Assembly (NCBI GenBank): GCA_943789205.1
Contig: CALSTG010000001.1
Location: 632,182-696,181 of the forward strand
Direction of reading: 5' to 3'
Origin: an uncultured Flavobacteriales bacterium
GTDB lineage: Bacteria; Bacteroidota; Bacteroidia; Flavobacteriales_D; Crocinitomicaceae
Length of the DNA: 64,000 nt
Made by a program: the position numbers and the translations under genes. Below are positions 33,701-43,608 of this stretch, one piece after another. The first letter of the stretch is position 1. Each line of letters opens with the position of its first letter. Below the pieces are notes generated by a model, which was not told where the DNA came from, ran no database searches, and saw nothing but the letters and a program-made list of their open reading frames with translations.

Positions 33701-34551
33701 GCTTCTAGATGCTCTTCTCCTATAACCAGTTCACGATCAAAAATAACCTCATTTCTTTCAATAGAAACAACCTCTCCAGTATCCTCATCGACGAAATCTT
33801 CAATCCATGTTTTTAGTACACGTGCAGCAAGTTTTCTACCTACAAGTTTCTTAAGACCTGTTTTATTGACCTTAACTTCATCTGCCAAACCAAAAATGTC
33901 TAATACATCACGGTCCGTTTCATAGCCTATAGCTCTAAATAATGTCGTTACAGGTAACTTTTTCTTTCTGTCGATGTACGCATACATGACATTATTAATA
34001 TCTGTTGCAAATTCAATCCAAGAACCTTTGAAAGGTATAATTCTTGCCGAATAAAGCTTTGTTCCATTGGCATGTCTTGATTGTCCAAAGAATACTCCTG
34101 GTGACCTGTGTAATTGCGATACAATTACTCGCTCCGCTCCATTTACAACAAAAGAACCTTTTGGTGTCATGTAAGGGATTGTACCAAGATATACATCTTG
34201 AACGATTGTTTCAAAATCTTCATGTTCAGGATCTGTACAATATAACTTGAGCTTCGCCTTAAGTGGAACACTGTAGGTCAAACCTCTTTCAATACATTCT
34301 GAAATAGAATATCGTGGTGGATCAATAAAGTAATCCAAAAATTCTAATACGAATTGATTTCTTGTATCGGTTATAGGAAAGTTTTCCGCGAAAACTTTAA
34401 AAAGTCCTTCACTTTCTCGATTTTCAGGTGTCGTTTCCAACTGGAAAAACTCCCTAAATGATTTCAATTGGATCTCTAAGAAATCCGGATAATCAAATTG
34501 ATTTTTGCCTGATGCAAAATTAATTCTGGTTGAATTATTTGATGTTGCCAA
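30742..34551 (-). CDS. rpoB: DNA-directed RNA polymerase subunit beta
   Basis: 1269 aa with the typical Bacteroidota N-terminus (..[19 protein letters not shown]). The start is TTG. A stop lies 5 codons upstream in frame and there is no ATG between. Confidence 0.98.
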   Translation of the reverse strand: MATSNNSTRINFASGKNQFDYPDFLEIQLKSFREFFQLETTPENRESEGLFKVFAENFPITDTRNQFVLEFLDYFIDPPRYSISECIERGLTYSVPLKAKLKLYCTDPEHEDFETIVQDVYLGTIPYMTPKGSFVVNGAERVIVSQLHRSPGVFFGQSRHANGTKLYSARIIPFKGSWIEFATDINNVMYAYIDRKKKLPVTTLFRAIGYETDRDVLDIFGLADEVKVNKTGLKKLVGRKLAARVLKTWIEDFVDEDTGEVVSIERNEVIFDRELVIGEEHLEAIMDSGAKSVTLHKENVNTADYTIIYNTLQKDISNSQKEAVEHIYRQLRNADPPDYETAKGVFEKLFFSDTRYDLGEVGRFRLNKKLGIDQEEQSRVLTKDDMIKIIKFLIKLINSKADVDDIDHLSNRRVRTVGEQLYSQFGVGLARMARTIRERMNVRDNEVFTPIDLINAKTLSSVINSFFGTNQLSQFMDQTNPLSEVTHKRRLSALGPGGLSRERAGFEVRDVHYTHYGRLCTIETPEGPNIGLISSLCVFAKVNKLGFIETPYRSVQKGKVQYDKEPVYVAAEEEDAKIIAQANAKVDDKGNFLSDVVKARFEGDFPVVEPSKLHLMDVGANQIASIAASSIPFLEHDDANRALMGSNMQRQAVPLLRPNSPIVGTGIEQLVAEDSRVLINAEGSGIVEYVDANEIVIRYDWNSEDKLVSFESEVTRYSLIKFMKTNQSTCINLKPIVVKGDKVVKGQVLCEGYATQKGELALGQNLKVAFMPWKGYNFEDAIVISESVVRDDVFTSIHIDEYSLEVRDTKRGMEELTADIPNVSEEATKDLDEHGCIRVGAEIKEGDILIGKITPKGETDPSPEEKLLRAIFGDKAGDVKDASLKAGPSLRGVVIDKKLFSRAVKDRKSKSQDKPLLESIDKEYQKDVVSLKEKLAEKLIKIIGDKKSTGVFNNFKEELIKKGAKFSMKALTSLDYTIVNPLKWTSDEKVNQLISRVIHNYNIKANDILGNYKRRKFHISVGDELPAGIIKLAKVFVAKKRKLKVGDKMAGRHGNKGIVANIVRQEDMPFLEDGTPVDIVLNPLGVPSRMNLGQIYETVLGWAGEKLGMKFSTPIFDGATPDEINEWTDKAGVPQSGKTYLFDGGTGERFHQPATVGVIYMLKLSHMVDDKMHARSIGPYSLITQQPLGGKAQFGGQRFGEMEVWALEAFGASNILQEILTVKSDDVNGRAKAYESIVKGDNIGEPGIPESFNVLLHELRGLCLNVTMD

Positions 34552-34599
34552 GGATGAATGTTTTTAGTTAATGTTTTAGTATACAAAAATTGAATACCA

Positions 34600-34643
34600 C
34601 TTAAAACAAGACAAGGCCCCGCAAAAATGCGGTGCCTATCTTG
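34600..34643 (-). terminator. Hairpin plus T-run between rplL and rpoB (probable attenuator)
   Basis: The minus strand reads caagataggcaccgc-attttt-gcggggccttgtcttg followed by tttta. The stem is imperfect. The position matches the partial terminator known between rplL and rpoB in other bacteria. Confidence 0.5.
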
Positions 34644-34660
34644 TTAATAATTTGAGTTAA

Positions 34661-35038
34661 TTACTTAATCTCAACTTCAGCTCCAGCTTCTTCTAAAGAC
34701 TTCTTAAGTCCTTCAGCTTCATCTTTTGCTACACCTTCTTTTAATGTTGTAGGTGCGTTGTCTACTAAGTCTTTAGACTCTTTAAGACCTTTTCCAGTAA
34801 GTTCTTTTACAAGTTTAACTACTGCTAATTTGCTAGGTCCACCAGCTTTCAATACTACGTCGAATTCTGTTTTCTCTTCAGCAGCGTCTCCACCAGCTCC
34901 ACCAGCAGGTCCAGCTACAGCTACAGCTGCTGCTGCAGGTTCGATTCCATATTCGTCTTTCATGATCGTTGCTAACTCACTAACTTCTTTTACTGTTAGG
35001 TTTACTAGCGTTTCTGCAATTTGCTTTAAATCAGCCAT
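34661..35038 (-). CDS. rplL: 50S ribosomal protein L7/L12
   Basis: It has an Ala/Gly hinge and the C-terminal domain [19 protein letters not shown]. Confidence 0.97.
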   Translation of the reverse strand: MADLKQIAETLVNLTVKEVSELATIMKDEYGIEPAAAAVAVAGPAGGAGGDAAEEKTEFDVVLKAGGPSKLAVVKLVKELTGKGLKESKDLVDNAPTTLKEGVAKDEAEGLKKSLEEAGAEVEIK

Positions 35039-35067
35039 TTTATTTTGTTTTTAAAAAGGTTTAATAA

Positions 35068-35589
35068 TTATGCTCGTTCTTCGAGCGTTTTTAACATGCC
35101 AGCGATAGATCCGCCAGCGCTTTGTAATCCAGACAATACATTTTGTGCTGGGCTTTGTAACAAACTAATGATATCACCAAGGAGTTCCTCTTTACTTTTA
35201 AGGGTCTCTAATGATTTCAATTGCTCATCGCCAATGAATATAGCTTCATCAACATAGGCGCCTTTCAAAATTGGTTTTGGATTCTTTTTACGGAAGTCCG
35301 TTATCAATTTAGCGGGTGCACTTGAAGATTCAGACAACATGATAGAGGTTGCTCCTTTGAGGACATCTCTCAATGATCCAAAGTCTTTTCCTTCTACACG
35401 GTCCATTGCTTTTTCCAACAATGCATTTTTAACAACTCGCATACTAACATTCGCCTGAAAACATTTTCTTCTCAATGCATTCACGCTTTCAACCGTAAGC
35501 TCTGCTGTGTCTGTAAGATAGAATACATTTGATGCTGTCAAATCAGCTGTCAAATCATCTATATACTTTACTTTTTCTTCTCTAGTCAT
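35068..35589 (-). CDS. rplJ: 50S ribosomal protein L10
   Basis: The call rests on its position between rplA and rplL, its size of 173 aa, and L10-like sequence. Confidence 0.93.
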   Translation of the reverse strand: MTREEKVKYIDDLTADLTASNVFYLTDTAELTVESVNALRRKCFQANVSMRVVKNALLEKAMDRVEGKDFGSLRDVLKGATSIMLSESSSAPAKLITDFRKKNPKPILKGAYVDEAIFIGDEQLKSLETLKSKEELLGDIISLLQSPAQNVLSGLQSAGGSIAGMLKTLEERA

Positions 35590-35600
35590 TTTCTTAAGTA

Positions 35601-36296
35601 TTATGCGTTAAGTGACTTTGCGTCTATGAGAATTCCAGGACTCATTGTAGAGGTCATATAAACACTCTTGATGTAGGTCCCTTTCGCAGACGATGGTTTC
35701 ATTTTAATCAACGTTTGTAGCAACTCATTTGCATTGTCAAAGATTTTATCTCCTTCAAAGCTCACTTTCGCTACTGACGAGTGAACGATTCCATATTTAT
35801 CGACTTTAAAGTCAATTTTTCCAGCCTTTACTTCAGTGACAGCTTTTCCTACTTCCATAGTAACTGTTCCTGTCTTTGGATTTGGCATCAAACCTCTTGG
35901 ACCTAAAATACGTCCTAGAGCTCCAACTTTACCCATAACAGAAGGCATTGTAACGATAACGTCAACGTCAGTCCATCCAGACTTAATTTTGGCGATATAG
36001 TCATCTAAGCCATAGTAATCCGCTCCAGCATCTTTTGCTTCTTGCTCCTTATCAGGAGTACAAAGCACCAATACTTTTACATCTTTACCAGTTCCATGTG
36101 GAAGCGCAACTGTACCTCTCACCATTTGATTTGCTTTTCTTGGATCAACACCTAGTCGAACACAAACATCTACTGATGCGTCAAATTTAGTTGTAGAAAT
36201 ATCTTTAACTAGATTACATGCGTCAGTCAATGAATAGGCTTTTGTTAGGTCGTGCTTTCCAAAAACCGCTTTTCTATTTTTAGTCATTTTTTTCAT
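35601..36296 (-). CDS. rplA: 50S ribosomal protein L1
   Basis: The motifs VALPHGTGK and [11 protein letters not shown] are present. Confidence 0.96.
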   Translation of the reverse strand: MKKMTKNRKAVFGKHDLTKAYSLTDACNLVKDISTTKFDASVDVCVRLGVDPRKANQMVRGTVALPHGTGKDVKVLVLCTPDKEQEAKDAGADYYGLDDYIAKIKSGWTDVDVIVTMPSVMGKVGALGRILGPRGLMPNPKTGTVTMEVGKAVTEVKAGKIDFKVDKYGIVHSSVAKVSFEGDKIFDNANELLQTLIKMKPSSAKGTYIKSVYMTSTMSPGILIDAKSLNA

Positions 36297-36304
36297 AACT
36301 TAAA

Positions 36305-36751
36305 CTATTTGGAATTTGGAGCTGTTCCGCCCTTTACATTAACACCCATACTACGTGCCGTACCCGCAACCATCATCATTGCCGAATCAACTGTAAAACA
36401 GTTTAAATCAGGAAGCTTGTCCTCAGCAATCACACGAATTTGGTCCCATGAAATGGCACCTACCTTCACACGATTAGGTTCAGACGAGCCCTTCTTAATC
36501 TTGATTTGTTCCATGATTTGCACAGCTGCCGGTGGCGTTTTTAAAACAAAGTCAAACGACTTGTCACTATATACTGTGATTACAACCGGTACTACTTTCC
36601 CTGGCTTATCTTGGGTTCTTGCATTAAATTGTTTGCAAAACTCCATGATGTTAACTCCTTTCGCACCAAGTGCTGGTCCGACTGGAGGGGCTGGGTTAGC
36701 TGCACCACCTCTGATCTGTAATTTGATCAATCCTGCTACTTCTTTAGCCAT
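36305..36751 (-). CDS. rplK: 50S ribosomal protein L11
   Basis: The sequence [21 protein letters not shown]...[12 protein letters not shown] is typical of L11. Confidence 0.97.
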   Translation of the reverse strand: MAKEVAGLIKLQIRGGAANPAPPVGPALGAKGVNIMEFCKQFNARTQDKPGKVVPVVITVYSDKSFDFVLKTPPAAVQIMEQIKIKKGSSEPNRVKVGAISWDQIRVIAEDKLPDLNCFTVDSAMMMVAGTARSMGVNVKGGTAPNSK

Positions 36752-36835
36752 ATATATTAAATTGTGTAGTCAAACATGAACCTTAAACGATGGGAAGCTT
36801 TAATCATCTAGTTCACTCCTACGGGTTAATACAAA

Positions 36836-37390
36836 TTAACTCTCCTTCTCGACTTGCATATAGCTAAGCTCAAGAAGATTTTTACGTCCGAAAATTTTAA
36901 CCATCACTTTCAACTTTTTCTTGTCCTCATTGATGTCGTCAATGACACCACTAAAGTTATTGAAAGGACCATCTATTACCTTAACAGACTCACCCACCAC
37001 AAATGGAATTTTTAATTCCTCTTCTGTTTCTGCCAATTCATCAACCTTTCCTAAGATTCGGTTAACTTCTGACATTCTCATAGGTACTGGCTCTCCGCCT
37101 TTCTCTGTACCTAAAAATCCAATTACGTTTGGTATGCTCCTAATAACATGTTTAACCTCTCCTACTAATGCAGCTTCGATCAAAACATACCCAGGTAAAT
37201 AAGCACGTTCTTTATTTACTTTTTTACCGTTTCGAATTTGAAATATTTTCTCAGTTGGAATAAGAACCTGATCGATATTGTCATCTAAACTTTTCATTCT
37301 TGACATCTCTATCTCCAAGTAGTGCTTTACACTCTTTTCTTTCCCACTAATCGCACGTACAACGTACCATTTTTTTGCAATTTCACTCAT
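36836..37390 (-). CDS. nusG: Transcription termination/antitermination protein NusG
   Basis: It has KWYVVRAISGKEK (NGN domain) and a C-terminal KOW (GESVKVIDGPF). Confidence 0.95.
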   Translation of the reverse strand: MSEIAKKWYVVRAISGKEKSVKHYLEIEMSRMKSLDDNIDQVLIPTEKIFQIRNGKKVNKERAYLPGYVLIEAALVGEVKHVIRSIPNVIGFLGTEKGGEPVPMRMSEVNRILGKVDELAETEEELKIPFVVGESVKVIDGPFNNFSGVIDDINEDKKKLKVMVKIFGRKNLLELSYMQVEKES

Positions 37391-37399
37391 AGCCCGTCT

Positions 37400-37612
37400 T
37401 TAGAAAAAATTGTAAATGTATCCTAGGACACCATTCCACCAAAAGTTTGGATCGTTACCAAAAACCTTATCCATTAAAAAAATGAAGAGCGAAAGCATGA
37501 TTGAAGCAACAACTACTAAAATGGTATTATTCTGAAGCTCTTGCCATGTTGGCCACGTAACATTGTGTACCAGCTCACTATATGTTTCCTGTATGTAACT
37601 AACCAATTTCAT
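37400..37612 (-). CDS. secE: Preprotein translocase subunit SecE
   Basis: 70 aa with a single C-terminal TM. The ELVHNVTWPTWQEL motif is present and the gene is directly upstream of nusG. Confidence 0.88.
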   Translation of the reverse strand: MKLVSYIQETYSELVHNVTWPTWQELQNNTILVVVASIMLSLFIFLMDKVFGNDPNFWWNGVLGYIYNFF

Positions 37613-37634
37613 TTTTCAAATTTCTATTAATTCA

Positions 37635-37707
37635 GCACGGGCGGTAGGATTCGAACCCACGACCAATGGTTTTGGAGACCACTACTCTACCAACTGAGCT
37701 ACACCCG
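37635..37707 (-). tRNA. tRNA-Trp (anticodon CCA)
   Basis: I folded the cloverleaf by hand. The acceptor is ACGGGTG/CGCCCGT, the anticodon loop is CTCCAAA, and the T-arm is GTGGG-TTCGAAT-CCTAC. Length is 73 nt. Confidence 0.93.
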
Positions 37708-37708
37708 T

Positions 37709-37734
37709 TTAAAAAGGGGAACAAAATGTTCCCC
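37709..37734 (-). terminator. Rho-independent terminator after tuf
   Basis: The minus strand reads ggggaaca-ttt-tgttcccc followed by ttttt. The stem is a perfect 8 bp. Confidence 0.7.
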
Positions 37735-37760
37735 CTGTTTTAAACTTATTTTCGTAAACC

Positions 37761-38948
37761 TTACGAAACAATCTCAGTAACCTGACCAGCACCTACGGTT
37801 CTACCTCCCTCACGGATTGCAAAACGAAGTCCTTTATCCATAGCTACAGGAACAATCAATTTAACATCGATTGATACATTGTCTCCAGGCATTACCATTT
37901 CACGACCATCAGTTAAGAAGATTTCTCCTGTAACATCTGTTGTTCTGAAATAGAATTGTGGTCTATATTTGTTATGGAAAGGAGTGTGACGTCCGCCCTC
38001 TTCTTTCTTCAATACATATATCTCTGCCTTGAATTCATGATGTGGTTTTGTAGAACCTGGCTTACAAATAACCATACCTCTTTTGATTTGAGCTTTTTCA
38101 ATACCTCTCAAAAGGATACCAACGTTATCACCAGCTTCTCCTCTATCCAAAATCTTACGGAACATCTCAACACCTGTTACTGTTGAAGTTAACTTCTCGT
38201 CACCCATTCCTAAGATCTCTACTGGATCACCAGTATTACATACACCTGTTTCAATTCTACCCGTTGCAACAGTACCACGACCTGTAATCGTAAATACGTC
38301 TTCTACTGGCATCAAGAAAGGCTTATCAACATCACGTGGAGGAAGTTCGATATAAGTATCGACAGCGTCCATCAATTCATTTACGGTAGCAACCCATTTT
38401 TCTTCATTGTTCAGAGCACCAAGTGCAGAACCTTGAATAACAGGGGTATTATCACCATCATACTGATAGAAAGAAAGAAGTTCTCTAACTTCCATTTCAA
38501 CCAATTCAAGTAATTCTTCATCATCAACCATATCCACTTTATTCATGAATACAACCAATCTTGGAACACCAACTTGTCTACCTAGAAGGATGTGCTCACG
38601 TGTTTGCGGCATCGGTCCATCTGTTGCAGCAACAACTAGAATTGCTCCATCCATTTGAGCAGCACCAGTAACCATGTTCTTTACGTAATCCGCGTGACCT
38701 GGACAGTCAACGTGCGCGTAGTGACGAGCTTTTGTTTCATACTCAATGTGAGATGTGTTAATAGTAATACCACGCTCTTTCTCTTCCGGAGCGTTGTCAA
38801 TTGAACTAAAATCTCTTGCAGCTGCAAGACCTTGGTTTGACAATACGCTTGAAATCGCAGCTGTCAAAGTTGTTTTACCGTGATCTACGTGACCAATTGT
38901 ACCAATGTTCACGTGTGGTTTGGAACGATCAAAATTTTCCTTTGCCAT
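37761..38948 (-). CDS. tuf: Elongation factor Tu
   Basis: It has [18 protein letters not shown] and NKVD. Confidence 0.99.
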   Translation of the reverse strand: MAKENFDRSKPHVNIGTIGHVDHGKTTLTAAISSVLSNQGLAAARDFSSIDNAPEEKERGITINTSHIEYETKARHYAHVDCPGHADYVKNMVTGAAQMDGAILVVAATDGPMPQTREHILLGRQVGVPRLVVFMNKVDMVDDEELLELVEMEVRELLSFYQYDGDNTPVIQGSALGALNNEEKWVATVNELMDAVDTYIELPPRDVDKPFLMPVEDVFTITGRGTVATGRIETGVCNTGDPVEILGMGDEKLTSTVTGVEMFRKILDRGEAGDNVGILLRGIEKAQIKRGMVICKPGSTKPHHEFKAEIYVLKKEEGGRHTPFHNKYRPQFYFRTTDVTGEIFLTDGREMVMPGDNVSIDVKLIVPVAMDKGLRFAIREGGRTVGAGQVTEIVS

Positions 38949-39019
38949 TTTTCTATTTGTTACTTAATTAATAATTTACTTTTTTACAACATTCCTGCGC
39001 AAGCGCAATTTTTTTTTTG

Positions 39020-39091
39020 AGCCAATGACGAGAATTGAACTCGTGACCTCTTCCTTACCAAGGAAGCGCTCTACCCCTGAGCTACACCGGC
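39020..39091 (-). tRNA. tRNA-Thr (anticodon GGT)
   Basis: Folded by hand. The acceptor is GCCGGTG/CATTGGC and the anticodon loop is TTGGTAA. Length is 72 nt. Confidence 0.9.
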
Positions 39092-39107
39092 AGCTCAAAC
39101 GAAAGTG

Positions 39108-39180
39108 AGCGGGAGACGAGGGTCGAACTCGCGACATTCAGCTTGGAAGGCTGACGCTCTACCAACTGAGCTACTCCCGC
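39108..39180 (-). tRNA. tRNA-Gly (anticodon TCC)
   Basis: Folded by hand. The acceptor is GCGGGAG/CTCCCGC and the anticodon loop is CTTCCAA. Length is 73 nt. Confidence 0.92.
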
Positions 39181-39193
39181 TTATTTCTTTCTG

Positions 39194-39275
39194 TGGGGAG
39201 AGCAGGATTCGAACCTGCGAAGGTAAAACCAACAGATTTACAGTCTGTCCTCGTTGGCCGCTTGAGTATCTCCCC
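39194..39275 (-). tRNA. tRNA-Tyr (anticodon GTA)
   Basis: Folded by hand. It has a long variable arm. The acceptor is GGGGAGA/TCTCCCC and the anticodon loop is CTGTAAA. Length is 82 nt. Confidence 0.92.
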
Positions 39276-39286
39276 AACAATATCCG

Positions 39287-39360
39287 AGCCGATGGAGGGA
39301 TTCGAACCCCCGACCAGCTGATTACAAATCAGCTGCTCTGGCCAACTGAGCTACATCGGC
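39287..39360 (-). tRNA. tRNA-Thr (anticodon TGT)
   Basis: Folded by hand. The acceptor is GCCGATG/CATCGGC and the anticodon loop is TTTGTAA. Length is 74 nt. Confidence 0.92.
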
Positions 39361-39527
39361 AATTTTTGTTGGTGCACAAAAAAAAGAACGTATTCTTCCC
39401 CAAATTCTTTAATTTTAGGACTGCAAATGTATGAAACTTTTTTTTATCACAAACTTTTTTAAGAATAATTTTAATCAAGTTTTTCTTTTGAGAAAAAAGT
39501 TTATTTAAATACATTGCAAATCTAATA

Positions 39528-40661
39528 ATGAAAAACAAAAGAAAAGCCATTGTTTGTGTTTCTAACGACCTTCTTACAGATAATCGTGTTGCCAAAACAT
39601 GCGCCGTACTGCAGGAACAAAATTACGAAGTAACACTTGTCGGAAGAAAAAAAGTTGACAGTCCCAAAATGGATAAAAGGTCATACAAAACATACAGGTT
39701 AAGTTTACCTTTTGAAAGAGGCCCTTTGTTTTATGTTTTTCTCAATGTTCGATTGTTTCTTTTTCTTTTGCTCAAAAAAAGTGATTTAATTTATGCCAAT
39801 GATCTCGACACATTAGCTCCTTGTTTTCTTGTATCAAAACTTAAAACGAGTCGTTTAATTTATGACACACACGAATTATTTACCGAAGTTCCTGAACTTA
39901 CATCCCGACCAAGAGTAAAAAAGATTTGGCTAAGTATAGAGCGGTTCATTTTTCCTAAGCTTGATAATATTGTAACTGTAAATGAATCCATCGCCAAAAT
40001 TTACGAGAAGAAATATAACAAAACTGTTCGTTACGTAAGAAACGTGCCGGAACTTAAGGAGCTAGAGGATAACATTGCAAGTAGATCAGAACTCGACATA
40101 AATGAAAAAGACTTCATTTTAATTATTCAAGGTTCTGGCCTGAACAAAGATAGAGGAATAGAAGAGGCTATAATGGCTTTGGAGCATTGCAAAGACTGTG
40201 TGCTTTTACTTGTTGGAAATGGAGATGTAATCCCATTTGCAAAAAGCATGGTATTAGAAAGACAGATGCAATCTAAAGTGAAATTTATTCCAAGAATGCC
40301 TTATAAAGAGCTCATGCGTATAACAAGATGTGCTGACTTAGGTCTTTTACTAGATAAAAACACAAGTCTTAACCAAGAACTAGCACTTCCAAATAAACTC
40401 TTTGATTACATACATGCAGGCATTCCAATACTGAGCTCAGATTTAAAAGAAATAACTAAAATTATAACCAAGTACGACATTGGAGCTTTTATTAAAGGGA
40501 ATCATCCTAAGGAAATTGCGGAAGCAATAAATGCTTATAAATCTGACAAAACAAGACAGCTTAGACAACGCAGTAATTGTTTGATCGCTGCAAAAGCAGA
40601 AAACTGGCAAAAAGAAAAGGAAAGACTTATCGCGGTTATATTGTCTTCGGAGCAGGAATAG
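39528..40661 (+). CDS. Glycosyltransferase (GT-B fold, GT4-like)
   Basis: 377 aa. The C-terminal half has the nucleotide-sugar binding pattern (LIIQGSG..., LPNKLFDYIHAGIPIL). Confidence 0.75.
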   Translation: MKNKRKAIVCVSNDLLTDNRVAKTCAVLQEQNYEVTLVGRKKVDSPKMDKRSYKTYRLSLPFERGPLFYVFLNVRLFLFLLLKKSDLIYANDLDTLAPCFLVSKLKTSRLIYDTHELFTEVPELTSRPRVKKIWLSIERFIFPKLDNIVTVNESIAKIYEKKYNKTVRYVRNVPELKELEDNIASRSELDINEKDFILIIQGSGLNKDRGIEEAIMALEHCKDCVLLLVGNGDVIPFAKSMVLERQMQSKVKFIPRMPYKELMRITRCADLGLLLDKNTSLNQELALPNKLFDYIHAGIPILSSDLKEITKIITKYDIGAFIKGNHPKEIAEAINAYKSDKTRQLRQRSNCLIAAKAENWQKEKERLIAVILSSEQE

Positions 40662-41853
40662 AAGCCAGATAACAAAGCTTGTAAAAAGAAAAAAGTGTCA
40701 TGTTTGAAAAACCAATCTCTAGAAAGAATCTTGATGGTTTTATAAGGCTTCTCATTATCCATCTTAAACCTTTTGAGTCCTTGTGTTTAAAATAGACCTG
40801 AAGCACTCGTAAACGCGCTAAAAGGTCCTTGTTCTGTCCTGAAAGCTCCCATATGAAAATCAGATTATCTAAAGCTTCATCCGTTTTGTTTAAAAACTGT
40901 GTATTCGTATCAAGGTGCTCATTTAAAACAGGATTGTCAATATGCGTTATTAAAACGTTGTTCTTTTCTAATTCAAATCCAAAAAGAGTATCCTCGTGAC
41001 CATAACCACTTATTTTTTCATTAAATGGATAAGCTTTAAATGTTTGTCTTTCAATTAAAAAATTATTGGTTTTAAAAGTTAAATGAGGATGAAGCAAACG
41101 TTCTTTATAGCTTTTACTTTCAACTTTTCTACCGTACTTCCATCGAAGCCGGTAGTATATTCGTGGCGTCTCCTTTTGATATTCGCTCGCGCCAAATAAA
41201 ACGAGAGGCTTATTCGCCTTTATATTTTCCATGTAATTATTTAGGAAATTGTCGCCTATTATCATGGAATCACAATCTAAAAAAAGCAAATATGGCTCAT
41301 TAGTATGTAACAAGAATGTATTTCTAATTCTAGACCTTCCAATATTTTCTTTGAGCTTTATGACCTTGACTGTTTCGGGCAGTGCTTCATATTGGGCCAT
41401 GTACCTTTTAGAGGAAGCGTCATCAATTACTACAATCGAAACCTGATCCACTTGCAATTTAACTTGCTTCAATAATGCATCTACTAGAACGGAGACGTCT
41501 TGATTGTATACAGGAATACATACGGCAAGCATATCGGTAACTAAGCCATTGTGTTTGGCGTACCAAAGTTCATGGGAGGGGCTCTCATTTTTAGGTTCCT
41601 CAATAGCACCAAAATTCTCCTCATATTTCTTCATATTGTCTTGAAGTGCTTTTAAAAAGCGTTTTGCATTTTGAGGGTTCATTATTACTCTAGATCTCAC
41701 CTTTCCTTTAGGCATACCAGGCATAACTTGTATAAAGTCACAAACAACCTCAGAGGGTGAGTGAGTAATGACTGCTAAATTTGAATACACACCCAAAGAA
41801 GTTTCTTCAGACAATTCTATATTCATTTGTTTTTCATCCTGTGGCTTAGACAT
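40636..41853 (-). CDS. DUF3467 domain fused in frame to a family-2 glycosyltransferase
   Basis: Residues ~10-87 (NIELSEETSLGVYSNLAVITHSPSEVVCDFIQVMPGMPKGKVRSRVIMNPQNAKRFLKALQDNMKKYEENFG) match the DUF3467 pattern. From ~108 (MLAVCIPVYNQDV...VVIDDASS...LDCDS) the sequence is GT-A/GT2. I checked that no stop lies between the two parts (41530-41600). Confidence 0.7.
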   Translation of the reverse strand: MSKPQDEKQMNIELSEETSLGVYSNLAVITHSPSEVVCDFIQVMPGMPKGKVRSRVIMNPQNAKRFLKALQDNMKKYEENFGAIEEPKNESPSHELWYAKHNGLVTDMLAVCIPVYNQDVSVLVDALLKQVKLQVDQVSIVVIDDASSKRYMAQYEALPETVKVIKLKENIGRSRIRNTFLLHTNEPYLLFLDCDSMIIGDNFLNNYMENIKANKPLVLFGASEYQKETPRIYYRLRWKYGRKVESKSYKERLLHPHLTFKTNNFLIERQTFKAYPFNEKISGYGHEDTLFGFELEKNNVLITHIDNPVLNEHLDTNTQFLNKTDEALDNLIFIWELSGQNKDLLARLRVLQVYFKHKDSKGLRWIMRSLIKPSRFFLEIGFSNMTLFSFYKLCYLASIPAPKTI

Positions 41854-43195
41854 ATTCTTCTATTTCTTGTTCTTGCTCATTAAACATGATTCCATGTTCA
41901 CTCAATTCAGCAAGAATGGGTTCATAAATTTCTTTGTTTATTGGCAAGGTAACACCTTTTGTTTCAATTTGATTATTTAAAATCATTTTGGCGGCAATTG
42001 CTAGAGGTAAACCAACAGTATTTGCCATTGCTGTATATGTTTGATCTTCTCCAATATTTATCATTGATGATATTATTTTTTTCGACTTTCCTTCATGTTC
42101 GAACTCGAACTCATGATACATCACAAGCATATCCTTATCATCTTCTGCCAAAGACATTTTGCGCACCATAAGCTTCTCTAAAAGCTGAGCTGGTGTCGCA
42201 TCTTTAAATCCAAATTCTTTATCTGAACCAAAAATACCCATCCATTCAAATTGATCATACAGATACATCCTGTCTTCTCTCAAAAAGTACTTAAACTTCT
42301 GTTCTACTGACAAATTTGGAATGTATGGAAGAAACGCATTCAAAAAATCTCTTGGAGTTAATGCTTCCGCATTTGTCATAGGGAAGGAATCATCTGTCAT
42401 TCCCAATTCAATAAAAACATTAAATCCTTTACAAAAATTTGGTCTTCTTAAAGTCCCTCTATATAACGTGGCAATACCATCTAAACCATAAGTATCTTTA
42501 TATGATAAAGAATCTCTGTTAGGATATCCTACGAATTTACCATGACCCTCAATTGTAATTCTGTCTAATCGGTCAAACAACCTGTTGTAAGGAATATATT
42601 TAAACTGATGATTGTCAAGAAACATTGCAGTCCCACCTTTTCCTGCAAGAACAACATTTCTAGGGTTCCAAGTAAATTTATATCGCCATGGATTATCATC
42701 GTACTCCTCTGCAACCAAACCACCACAAAATGATTTAAAGCTATTTAATTTGCCATTAACATCTTTAATATGGTCAATGATTTTCATGGCGCTCATATGG
42801 TCGATTCCGGGATCTACTCCAATCTCATTCATAATAACAATCCCTGCAGCTTTTGCTTGTTGATCCAGGCCTCTCATTTCTTCTGAAATGTACGAAGGTG
42901 TAATTAGATTTTTTTTAAATGTTATGCAATCTTGTGCTATTTCAACATGAAATCGCGCGGGAAGCATTGAAATAACAAGGTCGGCATTTTCAATTTCTCC
43001 GATACGCTCATTGCGATCCAAAGCATTGAATGAAAGCGCCTTAGCTTCAGAAAACCCTTGAACAAGCTTTTCAACACGTTTTAAATCTCTATCAACAATC
43101 CTCAGAGACCAACCTTCTTGTTTGGAAGAGTTTAACAGATATCTAATCATGGAAGAAGCGGAAAGCCCCGCGCCAAGAACAAGTATTGTTTTCAT
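41846..43195 (-). CDS. Saccharopine dehydrogenase family protein (NADP-binding, LYS9-like)
   Basis: It has an N-terminal Rossmann motif ILVLGAGLSASSMIRYLL. Size and pattern are typical of the Bacteroidota saccharopine dehydrogenase family. Confidence 0.8.
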   Translation of the reverse strand: MKTILVLGAGLSASSMIRYLLNSSKQEGWSLRIVDRDLKRVEKLVQGFSEAKALSFNALDRNERIGEIENADLVISMLPARFHVEIAQDCITFKKNLITPSYISEEMRGLDQQAKAAGIVIMNEIGVDPGIDHMSAMKIIDHIKDVNGKLNSFKSFCGGLVAEEYDDNPWRYKFTWNPRNVVLAGKGGTAMFLDNHQFKYIPYNRLFDRLDRITIEGHGKFVGYPNRDSLSYKDTYGLDGIATLYRGTLRRPNFCKGFNVFIELGMTDDSFPMTNAEALTPRDFLNAFLPYIPNLSVEQKFKYFLREDRMYLYDQFEWMGIFGSDKEFGFKDATPAQLLEKLMVRKMSLAEDDKDMLVMYHEFEFEHEGKSKKIISSMINIGEDQTYTAMANTVGLPLAIAAKMILNNQIETKGVTLPINKEIYEPILAELSEHGIMFNEQEQEIEEYV

Positions 43196-43200
43196 TAAAT

Positions 43201-43608
43201 TTATTTTGGTGTTGTAATTAAAGGGCGTAGGGTATTAAAAAGTTCATCTTCATCCCATGGTTTTTCAATGAATTCTTCGAGAAGGTTTTCTGTTTTTAAT
43301 GCATCCACAGAAGATTTATTGGCTTGACCTGAAAGCATCACACATTTTAAATTTTGGTACTTAAGTTTCAGCTTTCGAATCAGCTCAGCACCGGTCATTG
43401 TAGGCATCTGGTAATCCACCATAACGAACATGACATCTATCTGCTCTTCGATAAGCAAATCAATATTTTCTAACGCTTGATCCGGATCGGTAAAATACTC
43501 AATAAGTGTGTAGGATTGATCCATTATTTTAGACAGCTGAAAGCCCAACATTTGTAGGATGTACGGATCATCATCAACACATACAACAGCATATCTCAAT
43601 TCGCTCAT
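43201..43608 (-). CDS. Stand-alone response regulator receiver (no output domain)
   Basis: 135 aa with VVCVDDDP, VDYQMPTMTG (phospho-acceptor Asp), MLSGQAN and KPW. The ATG overlaps the stop of the upstream kinase (ATGA). Confidence 0.9.
   Translation of the reverse strand: MSELRYAVVCVDDDPYILQMLGFQLSKIMDQSYTLIEYFTDPDQALENIDLLIEEQIDVMFVMVDYQMPTMTGAELIRKLKLKYQNLKCVMLSGQANKSSVDALKTENLLEEFIEKPWDEDELFNTLRPLITTPK

Noticed and set aside
36252-36779. 175-aa plus-strand ORF.
   Set aside because: It is antisense to rplK and the start of rplA. Its low-complexity translation is that of a shadow ORF.
39095-39595. Three track ORFs (39095-39280 minus, 39105-39434 plus, 39329-39595 minus).
   Set aside because: They run through the four tRNA genes. 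Their open frames are by-products of GC-rich structured RNA sequence.
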